From assembly GCA_963997925.1 (NCBI GenBank), contig CAXEOX010000002.1, positions 8,586 to 72,585 of the forward strand: DNA of 64,000 nt, written 5' to 3'. Numbering within the stretch: the stretch's first letter is position 1; each line of letters opens with the position of its first letter. This stretch comes from an uncultured bacterium. GTDB taxonomy: Bacteria; Chloroflexota; Dehalococcoidia; Lucifugimonadales; UBA3495. Of this stretch, positions 8,523 to 15,839 are shown one piece after another. The notes below the pieces were generated by a model. That model worked only from the letters and a program-made list of their open reading frames with translations. It had not been told where the DNA came from and did not search any database. The position numbers and the translations under genes are program-made.

Positions 8523-9761
8523 TTAGGAATCTAGATCAACTTTCTCCACATAGGGCCGTAGCGATTCCACAAGCGTGATGACACGCTCGGCGGCTTCTTG
8601 AGCACACACCTCGTCGAATGACTGCTTATTAAGCGCCGCCGTTGGTGGAAAATTCTCTTCGGCAAGGATGCGCCGCCAATACGTCCAACGTAGTATGGGC
8701 GCAAATGTCTCATCGACCATAGGCCCAACACTTTCGTTCACTCGCTCGGCCCATTCCTTTAGTTTGGGTTGTAGGGCACTGTAGCTGTATTGTGCGTCTC
8801 CGTGTCCATTGTCACTGAGGAGCAACCTTACTCCGAGTAGTCCACTGTTGGGCCCTAGATAAAACATCAAGATGAACGGAAATCCCTTCTTCTTCCACGA
8901 ACAAAGTTGCATCCTGATTTCTCGGAATTCCCTGGAATTCGGATAATAGCTGAACGTGGCATCATTACCAAAGTATTCTCCCAGGATTTCCTCGTACTTT
9001 TGTTGAATGTCGGCCATGCAAGGTTTATGCCTTTCAACTAATCTGAACGCGCGACCGTGATCTTCCCACAGTTCCCGCACCATGCTGCGCAGTTCGGTGT
9101 TGTCTGAGCTGCTCAATATGTCCTCCTCAATATGCCGCGCGGTCTCCTCAAGAGACAACCGGTCCTGGCTATTTAGGTCCACCATATCCAGCACCGACTT
9201 TATGGCGCTCACTACCGACCGGTAGCCTATTTCCGCAACCGGAACCTTGCTTGATGGGGAGGCGGTGCTTGGTGCGCGGGCATCCGGGCAAAGGAAAACC
9301 ATTACAGCAGTACGGTTTGGATATCCACGCGATAGAGCACGCTGGTATCGCGCGATTTGCCTGGGTTGTTCGTCTGCGTCAATCTTGTTCTCGATCCCCA
9401 ACACCATATCTCCATCAGGCGAGTCAATCTCGACAACAATGTCGATTCGAAATAGCTCTAGGCGCACGGCCACTCGGCTCATGGGTGCTTCCGATACGCG
9501 ATGCACCGAGGCGGCATCCGGAGAGTTAGCCTTATCTAATGCGAGGCCAATTTCATGGAGGAAGGGACGCAGAATCAGCTCGTGGTTGCGGTGCCTCCGC
9601 GGGTCAAGTAGGGACGCTAGCATCCGGGAGTGGGAAAGCTCGTCGCGGACCATTCCAAACAGACGGAACAAGGACAGCGGAGGGACATAACTTCCCAGAT
9701 TTGCCAGCCGGGGGTCAAATCTCAGGCGGCGGAGCGCTTCTATATCATCTTTTAGAGGCAT
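8523..9761 (-). CDS. PD-(D/E)XK nuclease-family protein (412 aa) with an uncharacterised C-terminal half
   Basis: The N-terminal half carries ELSHSRMLASLLDPRRH, RIDIVVEID and MVLGIENKIDADEQ (D...E-x-K), the motif series of PD-(D/E)XK (PDDEXK_4-like) proteins. I could not assign the C-terminal 200 aa. Confidence 0.75.
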   Translation of the reverse strand: MPLKDDIEALRRLRFDPRLANLGSYVPPLSLFRLFGMVRDELSHSRMLASLLDPRRHRNHELILRPFLHEIGLALDKANSPDAASVHRVSEAPMSRVAVRLELFRIDIVVEIDSPDGDMVLGIENKIDADEQPRQIARYQRALSRGYPNRTAVMVFLCPDARAPSTASPSSKVPVAEIGYRSVVSAIKSVLDMVDLNSQDRLSLEETARHIEEDILSSSDNTELRSMVRELWEDHGRAFRLVERHKPCMADIQQKYEEILGEYFGNDATFSYYPNSREFREIRMQLCSWKKKGFPFILMFYLGPNSGLLGVRLLLSDNGHGDAQYSYSALQPKLKEWAERVNESVGPMVDETFAPILRWTYWRRILAEENFPPTAALNKQSFDEVCAQEAAERVITLVESLRPYVEKVDLDS

Positions 9762-10003
9762 GCGGCTCCAGGTTATGCCGGGTTGGCGCAGCCCAAATGG
9801 GATAGCAGGAGCGAAGATAAAAGGCTTATTGCGATAGCCACCGGCACAATAGGCGCTTATCGGCTGGACTAGGTACTTCCTGCGACAGATCCCGCGCCCG
9901 CCCGATGACTGTCAGGGCAGGATGCCCGTACCCCCACCGCAGCGCATGGGCATGCAGGCTGTGGCGGCCCGAGTATACCATGGCCTTTTGCCCCGGTCAC
10001 CGA

Positions 10004-10052
10004 GCCGAGTTTCGTAAATCCGCTCCATTGGTTAGTAATTACTCCACCCATT
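10004..10052 (+). repeat. Direct repeat copy 2 (GCCGAGTTTCGTAAATCCGCTCCATTGGTTAGTAATTACTCCACCCATT)
   Basis: See 8265-8313. Contains two small palindromes, CCATTGG and AGTAATTACT. Lies 115 nt upstream of the typA start. Confidence 0.85.
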
Positions 10053-10166
10053 AACGCAACGAAATGCTATCATGGATAAGACACTTATACGCCACTGAAA
10101 CAGGCTTGCCCGGCCAAATCCCGTTAAGCCTGGACAGATCGGACAACATCAACGACCCGGAGCAAC

Positions 10167-12014
10167 ATGGAAAACCACTTCAACGATAAGATACGCAACC
10201 TGGCAATCATCGCTCACGTCGATCACGGCAAGACCACTTTGGTCGATGCCCTGTTGAAGCAGAGCCAGGTCTTTCGCGAGAACCAGGACGTTGGTGTACT
10301 GATTATGGACTCCAACCCCCTGGAGCGGGAAAGAGGCATCACTATCCTGGCCAAGAACGCCTCAATCACCTACCAAGGGGTCAAGATCAACATCATAGAC
10401 ACGCCGGGCCATGCTGACTTTAGCGGCGAGGTTGAGCGCATCATGAACATGGCCGACGGTTGTCTGCTACTGGTGGACGCCGTCGACGGACCGATGCCCC
10501 AGACCACCTACGTATTGAAGACGGCATTCAGCCAAGATGTCACCCCCATGGTCGTAATCAACAAGACCGACCGCCCCGAAGCACGGGTTGCGGAGGTTGT
10601 CGAACTGGTGCAGGATCTGTTCTTGGAGTTGGCTACTAAGCCGGAGCAGCTAGACTTCCCCGTTCTGTATGCGTCGGCCCGCGACGGTTACGCCGTAGCT
10701 GACCCGGCCGACGAACCCCAGGACATGAAGCCGCTGTTCGACGCCATTCTGAAACATGTACCGGCACCGGCCGGAGACCCGGATGCGCCACTGCAGATGC
10801 TAGTGGCCGCCCTAGATTATGACAACTACCTTGGCCAAGTGGCCATCGGACGGGTATCTCGCGGAACCATCCGCTTGGACGACCAGGTAGCCCTGATGGG
10901 CGGGGTTGATCAGCCCACGACCCACAAGCTGGACCGGGTTTTCGTCTTCCGGGGTCTGGGCCGGTCGGAAGTAACGGAGGCCGAGGCTGGGGATATCGTC
11001 GCTGTCACGGGAGTAGATGGCGTGGCCATCGGCGATACTATCGCGGATCTGGAAAATGCCGAAGCCCTTCCCACCATCCACATCGACGAACCGACAGTGG
11101 AAATGACCTTCGGTGTTAACACCTCGCCTTTCATGGGCAAGGATGGCACCCATTCCACTTCCCGAACGCTATATGACCGATTGATGAACGAGCTTCGGAC
11201 CAACGTAAGCCTCCGTGTCGAGGCCACCGACGCCACCGACGTGTTCCTGGTGTCCGGACGTGGAGAGCTTCATCTATCCATCCTGGTGGAAACCATGCGG
11301 CGGGAAGGCTTCGAATTCCAGGTTTCCAAGCCCGAGCCGGTGACCAAGGTTGTCGATGGTAAGGTCCACGAACCCTATGAGCGATTGAATATCACCACTA
11401 AGGACGAATTCATCGGCGCGCTGACCGAGTACCTGTCCGGTCGATTGGCCCAACTGATCGACATGAAATACGACGACGCTGGCAACGTCGACCTTGAATA
11501 CCTGATACCCACCAGAGGCCTGATTGGCTTCACTTCCTTCTTCCTGCGCACCACCCGGGGCAACGGGACGCATAGCAGCGCCTTTGTTGAATACCGGCGG
11601 ATGGAAGGGGCGATTAAGTCGGCGAACGCAGGGGTTCTGGTGGCCTGGGAGGCCGGCGTCGCGGTGACTTACGGACTGCTGAACGCCCAGGGTCGAGGCG
11701 ACACCTTCATCGAACCAGGCACTCCGGTGTACGAAGGCATGATTGTCGGCACCCACCGGCGTGAAGGGGACATCCCCATCAACGTCTGCAAAGAAAAGCA
11801 CCTGACCAACATGCGCTCGTCCACCGCCGACATCACCCGGCGTCTCAACGCTACCGTCCGCATGAGCCTGGACGAAGCCCTAGACTTTATCGCTTCCGAC
11901 GAACTGGTGGAGGTCACCCCGCAGAACTTCCGCCTGCGCAAGAAAGTCCTATCCACCTCGGGCCGCTCGCGCAGCCGAGCCAACGCCGCCAGGGATAGGG
12001 CAGGGGCTGTTTAA
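10167..12014 (+). CDS. typA: Translational GTPase TypA/BipA
   Basis: [30 protein letters not shown] and NKTDR give G1-G4. 615 aa with EF-G-like domain order and a typical BipA C-terminus. Confidence 0.95.
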   Translation: MENHFNDKIRNLAIIAHVDHGKTTLVDALLKQSQVFRENQDVGVLIMDSNPLERERGITILAKNASITYQGVKINIIDTPGHADFSGEVERIMNMADGCLLLVDAVDGPMPQTTYVLKTAFSQDVTPMVVINKTDRPEARVAEVVELVQDLFLELATKPEQLDFPVLYASARDGYAVADPADEPQDMKPLFDAILKHVPAPAGDPDAPLQMLVAALDYDNYLGQVAIGRVSRGTIRLDDQVALMGGVDQPTTHKLDRVFVFRGLGRSEVTEAEAGDIVAVTGVDGVAIGDTIADLENAEALPTIHIDEPTVEMTFGVNTSPFMGKDGTHSTSRTLYDRLMNELRTNVSLRVEATDATDVFLVSGRGELHLSILVETMRREGFEFQVSKPEPVTKVVDGKVHEPYERLNITTKDEFIGALTEYLSGRLAQLIDMKYDDAGNVDLEYLIPTRGLIGFTSFFLRTTRGNGTHSSAFVEYRRMEGAIKSANAGVLVAWEAGVAVTYGLLNAQGRGDTFIEPGTPVYEGMIVGTHRREGDIPINVCKEKHLTNMRSSTADITRRLNATVRMSLDEALDFIASDELVEVTPQNFRLRKKVLSTSGRSRSRANAARDRAGAV

Positions 12015-12079
12015 TGTTTTTCTAAATCGGCTCACGGGACGCCGCCATTCAGCCTTTTTGTTATGTAAAGGAACTTCTG

Positions 12080-12385
12080 ATGGTGTTGGAAGTCGCGATT
12101 CTGGACGTAAAACCCGGCCTATCTGACGACTTCGAGGCCGCCTTTACCCAAGCCCAGATGATAATTTCGTCGATGAAGGGCTACGTTTCCCACCAGTTAC
12201 AACGATGCCTCGAGAAGTCCGGCCGCTATATCCTCTTAGTCACCTGGGAAACTCTAGAGGACCACACCCTGGGCTTTCGCGGATCACCTGAATACCAGGG
12301 ATGGCGCCGCCTGCTCCACCACTTTTACGGCCCATTCCCTGATGTGGAGCACTATCAGGTGGTCGGGGCAGATTATGGTATGTGA
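12080..12385 (+). CDS. Antibiotic-biosynthesis-monooxygenase (ABM) domain protein
   Basis: 101 aa. MVLEVAILDVKPGLSDDFEAAF...YILLVTWETLEDHTLGFRGSPEYQGWR is the ferredoxin-like ABM pattern. Confidence 0.85.
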   Translation: MVLEVAILDVKPGLSDDFEAAFTQAQMIISSMKGYVSHQLQRCLEKSGRYILLVTWETLEDHTLGFRGSPEYQGWRRLLHHFYGPFPDVEHYQVVGADYGM

Positions 12386-12397
12386 TTTCAGGCTGGC

Positions 12398-12455
12398 CCA
12401 CCCCTTCCTCCCAACCTCGCCACTGCACGCCTGACTCTGCATCAACCCACCACCG
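12398..12455 (+). repeat. Imperfect direct repeat X (partner Y at 14418-14479)
   Basis: The core CACTGCACGCCTGACTCTGCATCAACCCACCACCG versus CACCGCACGCCTGACCCTGTATCATACTGCCACCG matches 28/35. This is only marginally above chance for a 64-kb window. Confidence 0.4.
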
Positions 12456-12871
12456 ACACCATGGCCCCGTGTTTCTGGTGGAGGTCGACTCTGCCCAATC
12501 TCAACATCTGGCTTAAATTAACGGTTGGCTAGCTGTGCCGGGAGGGAATCCTTGCGGCAAGACTATGATGCATCATCCCCGGACCGGGAAGATCCGCTAA
12601 GCGTTTTGGCAATACTTTTAACCGGCACTCCCATAGGTGTAGAATACCGGCAATTGCCCTGGCTGGGAGTTGATGAACCGCGATGGCAAGCTGGCTTGGG
12701 CAGATATTTCCGTTGTCCAGAAAGTAGTGACCATCACTACTACCCATATTGTCTCCTTAGAACGTAATCATCCTCAGGTACTTTGAGTAGCCGCGGGTTA
12801 CTTGCGAGGGTGTTTACAAAAGGCGATTCAGACCCCGTATATAAACCGTTACCTTCAGGAGGTATCGTGGC

Positions 12872-14146
12872 ATGAAACTCAAGTTACGGACGGGTGCCGA
12901 ACCCCAGTCGCAGGAGGATTCAAACATCAACGGGCCTGTCACGGCCGCCGAGATGTACCAAGTGAAGGATTCGTACGTTCGGTTCAATCAGAAAGACCAT
13001 ATGGGCTCAAAGATGATTTGGGATGCCGACGCTGAAGAAGAACGAGCCAAGCTAAAGGTCAAGCAACGACTGCTTATGGACAAGGGACGCACCGGTTACG
13101 ACGCTCCTGCTTGGAGCCTGGACTCCGCTGCGGATTCTTTGCTGGATCTTATGGAATTCTCAAAGAATCGGCCGGATTCAAAAGCTACTGCATGGCAGAC
13201 TAAGTTGGAGCCTGCTCCGACGGGTCGACCGGAAACTACCGCGAAAGAAGCGTCCCAGATCCTACGCAAGGCCGCTCACCTGTTCGGAGCGGACCAAGTC
13301 GGTTTTGCCAAACTGGACCGCCGGTGGGTGTATTCCCATTACTTCGATGCTGAGACGAAGGAGAACCACCCTATCAAGTTCTCCGATGAGCCCGGTTACG
13401 AGGAATACGACCAGCCCATTCGCCTTGAAGACGGGACTAGGGTCATACCGAAGGAGATGCAAAACGTAGTGGTGATGCTCCATGAGTGGGGTAAAGATGT
13501 GGAGGGAACTGAGCATGCACCTACCCTTCTGACTGAGGGACTCAGTACCCTGGCCTATGCCAGAATGGCGCCGACCCTGTGGATGATGGCTGAGTTTATC
13601 CGAGGCCTGGGGTACAACGCTATCCCGGCGGCTAATGACATGGGGCTGAGCATACCTATGGCCATCGATGCGGGCCTCGGCCAGCTAGGGAGACATGGCC
13701 TGTTAATCAATCCTAAAGTGGGGGCGCGCTGTCGTATTTCCAAGATAATCACCGACCTTCCGCTGGAGCACATAGGCGTAGTGGATTCGGGCATCACCGA
13801 GTTCTGCAACGCATGTCTGAGATGTGTCCCGAAGTGCGGTACGGGAGCCATCACAAGTGGTATCCGAAGTTTTGAACCTTTGGACGAGAGCAATGCAACG
13901 GGAGTTCTTTCTTGGAAGGTAGATGCAAAGAAGTGCATGACCTTCCAGAACCGTGTGGGGACCACCTGTAGTACATGCGTCCGCCGGTGTTCATGGACCA
14001 AGCCGCCCCGCCGAGGATATGCCATTCCAAGGTTCTTTATCAGGAACTTCCGGTGGAGATGGTTGAACAAATCCTGGGTATGGCTCGACGGTGCGTTCGG
14101 ACACGGAAAGTTTGACAAAAAGGCTGCAGATTTCTGGGGGGCGTGA
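12872..14146 (+). CDS. rdhA: Reductive dehalogenase homologue (RdhA-like, cytoplasmic type, 424 aa)
   Basis: AGGAGG lies 9 nt upstream of the ATG. Motifs: ILRKAAHLFGADQVGFAKLDRRWVYSHYF; AIDAGLGQLGRHGLLINPKVGARCRISK; Fe-S motif 1 FCNACLRCVPKCGTGAI; Fe-S motif 2 C-x11-CSTCVRRCSWTK; C-terminal LDGAFGHG...DFW, as in PceA-type enzymes. The N-terminus has no RRxFLK twin-arginine motif. Confidence 0.85.
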   Translation: MKLKLRTGAEPQSQEDSNINGPVTAAEMYQVKDSYVRFNQKDHMGSKMIWDADAEEERAKLKVKQRLLMDKGRTGYDAPAWSLDSAADSLLDLMEFSKNRPDSKATAWQTKLEPAPTGRPETTAKEASQILRKAAHLFGADQVGFAKLDRRWVYSHYFDAETKENHPIKFSDEPGYEEYDQPIRLEDGTRVIPKEMQNVVVMLHEWGKDVEGTEHAPTLLTEGLSTLAYARMAPTLWMMAEFIRGLGYNAIPAANDMGLSIPMAIDAGLGQLGRHGLLINPKVGARCRISKIITDLPLEHIGVVDSGITEFCNACLRCVPKCGTGAITSGIRSFEPLDESNATGVLSWKVDAKKCMTFQNRVGTTCSTCVRRCSWTKPPRRGYAIPRFFIRNFRWRWLNKSWVWLDGAFGHGKFDKKAADFWGA

Positions 14147-14169
14147 GGGCGATGACGGATCGGCCGACG

Positions 14170-14229
14170 ACTTCCGGTCGTTCCCGCAGCCGCGCCAACG
14201 CCGCAAGGGACAGGGCTGGGGCTGTTTAG
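14170..14229 (+). pseudogene. Orphan fragment: last 19 codons + stop of a typA allele
   Basis: ACT TCC GGT CGT TCC CGC AGC CGC GCC AAC GCC GCA AGG GAC AGG GCT GGG GCT GTT TAG translates to [19 protein letters not shown], identical to TypA residues 597-615. No typA body lies upstream; the rdhA stop is 23 nt before it, in another frame. Confidence 0.85.
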
Positions 14230-14269
14230 ACCCCGCGTCTCCACGATGTAATGTCTCGGTAGCGGATCC

Positions 14270-14331
14270 TTCGACAGGCTTACCACGAATGGGATAACCT
14301 GAACCTCTCCGTTCGTGGTGAGCCTGTCGAA
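14270..14331. repeat. Palindromic repeat, family 4 (TTCGACAGGCTyACCACGAA hairpin)
   Basis: TTCGACAGGCTTACCACGAA (14270-14289) and TTCGTGGTGAGCCTGTCGAA (14312-14331) form a 20-bp inverted repeat with one mismatch and a 22-nt loop. A related copy is at 21341-21440. Confidence 0.85.
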
Positions 14332-14417
14332 CCACACTCGTCATCTTTCTAATGACTCCTGGGTCTGGCAACCGTCTATGAGTTTGGAGTCGCCCGTTCA
14401 ATGAAGATCCGGCATCG

Positions 14418-14479
14418 CACCTATTCACCCTCCCCCAATATCGACACCGCACGCCTGACCCTGTATCATACTGCCACCG
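14418..14479 (+). repeat. Imperfect direct repeat Y (partner X at 12398-12455)
   Basis: See the entry for repeat X. Confidence 0.4.
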
Positions 14480-14522
14480 TAACTAACCCTTGATTCTAAC
14501 CTTCGTTATAGAGGAGATTTCC

Positions 14523-15722
14523 ATGCGTGAAGTCGCGATTGTTGCACCGGTCAGGACTGCTGTGGGAGGCTTTGGGGGCACCATGAAGGGTGTTTCCGCC
14601 GCCGAGTTGGGCAGCATCGTCATTCAGGAGGCACTGAGCCGCGCCGGCCTGGCCGCCGATAAAGTTGACGACGTTATATTGGGACATGGCTATCCCAGCG
14701 GCGAGAACCCGGCCATCGGTCGTTTGGTCGCCCTGAAAGCCGGACTGCCCATCGAGGTACCCGGATACCAACTGGACCGCCGCTGCTCATCGGGGCTTCA
14801 GGCCATCCTTAACGCCTCCATGCTCATCCAAACAGAGAACGCCGATGTGGTCATCGCTGGGGGGGTGGAGAGCATGAGCAACGCCGAGTTCTACTCCAAC
14901 GAGTCCCGCTGGGGCGCTAGATTCGGATCGGTCACTTTCCATGACCGGTTGGCCCGAGCCAGGGAAACCATCTCTCCCGAAGAACGGTTCGGCGTCATCT
15001 CCGGGATGGTTGAGACTGCCGAGAACCTGGCCAAGCAGTACGAAGTCTCCCGGCAAGAGCAGGACGAATACTCCCTGCGCAGCCACCAACGAGCAATTGC
15101 CGCTTCCGAGTCCGGCAAGTTCGCTGCCGAGATTGTCCCCGTCCCTATCGCCCAGCGCCGTGGCGACCCAGTCCCCTTCGACACGGACGAGGGTCCTCGG
15201 GGCGACACCTCCTTGGACGTCTTGGGCCGGTTGCGTCCTGTGATGGCCGATGGCACGGTGACTGCAGGAAATGCCAGCAGCCAGAACGACGCCGCATCGG
15301 TGTGTTTGGTAGTCGCCGCTGACAAGCTGGAAGAACTGGGACTGAAGGCCATGGGTTACCTGCGCGGCTGGGCCGTCACCGGTTGCCACCCGGCCTACAT
15401 GGGCATCGGCCCGGTGAGCGCCACCAACAAAGTCATGGCCAAGCTTGGCCTGTCCCTCAGCGACATGGACCTCATCGAGTTGAACGAAGCCTTCGCCGCA
15501 CAGGTATTAGCGGTGCTGCGGGAGTGGAAGCTGCCCAACGATGACAAACTTAACGTCAACGGCTCCGGCATCTCCCTGGGCCACCCCATCGCCGCCACTG
15601 GCGCCCGCATCCTGACCACCTTGCTGCATGAGATGGAACGCAGCGACGCCCAGTTCGGCCTGGAAACCATGTGCGTGGGCGGCGGACAAGGCGTCGCCGC
15701 AGTTTTCGAGAGAAAGAATTAG
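14523..15722 (+). CDS. Acetyl-CoA C-acetyltransferase (thiolase)
   Basis: The ATG at 14523 follows GAGGAG. MREVAIVAPVRTAVGGFGG, active-site region LDRRCSSGLQA, and C-terminal NVNGSGISLGHPIAATGARI...CVGGGQG. The ORF-track start at 14490 has no ribosome-binding site. Confidence 0.92.
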   Translation: MREVAIVAPVRTAVGGFGGTMKGVSAAELGSIVIQEALSRAGLAADKVDDVILGHGYPSGENPAIGRLVALKAGLPIEVPGYQLDRRCSSGLQAILNASMLIQTENADVVIAGGVESMSNAEFYSNESRWGARFGSVTFHDRLARARETISPEERFGVISGMVETAENLAKQYEVSRQEQDEYSLRSHQRAIAASESGKFAAEIVPVPIAQRRGDPVPFDTDEGPRGDTSLDVLGRLRPVMADGTVTAGNASSQNDAASVCLVVAADKLEELGLKAMGYLRGWAVTGCHPAYMGIGPVSATNKVMAKLGLSLSDMDLIELNEAFAAQVLAVLREWKLPNDDKLNVNGSGISLGHPIAATGARILTTLLHEMERSDAQFGLETMCVGGGQGVAAVFERKN

Positions 15723-15839
15723 CGGCGAGGCGTCAGCTTTCCGCGGTTAGCCGTCAGGAGACCCGAACCATTCAAGCATAGGGGCTGGGATAGCTGAAAG
15801 CTGAGTGCTGATGGCTGACCGCCTCTCGAGGAGAATCAA

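Larger units (their letters stand above)
8265..10052. other. Repeat-bounded 1.79-kb insertion carrying a lone PD-(D/E)XK gene (no recombinase)
   Basis: 49-nt direct repeats at 8265-8313 and 10004-10052 match 45/49. The interior is visibly more AT-rich than the flanks, especially 8330-8520. Confidence 0.45.
11955..14229. other. Putative integrated 2.2-kb cassette (ABM + rdhA) bounded by two copies of the typA 3' tail
   Basis: The 60-nt direct repeats at 11955-12014 and 14170-14229 match 50/60 and encode identical peptides. No recombinase gene lies inside. Confidence 0.5.

Noticed and set aside
9869-10051. 60-aa minus-strand ORF inside the islet's right flank
   Set aside because: It covers the direct repeat and a GC-rich hairpin region. 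It has no SD, its composition is implausible, and it is too short to support.
12456-12871. Cobalamin riboswitch upstream of the B12-dependent rdhA
   Set aside because: I looked for the ordered core elements AGGGAA..GGUG.AA..CC, GCCACUG and the B12 box. Only an isolated AGGGAA was found, plus a GCCACTG in the wrong order (inside repeat X). This does not support a riboswitch, and it needs an Infernal scan to be sure.
13555-14337. 260-aa minus-strand ORF
   Set aside because: It is antisense to the well-supported rdhA gene. Its N-terminus is the translated family-4 repeat (FDRLTTNG..PFVVSLSKD), and its composition is Arg/Pro/His-rich.
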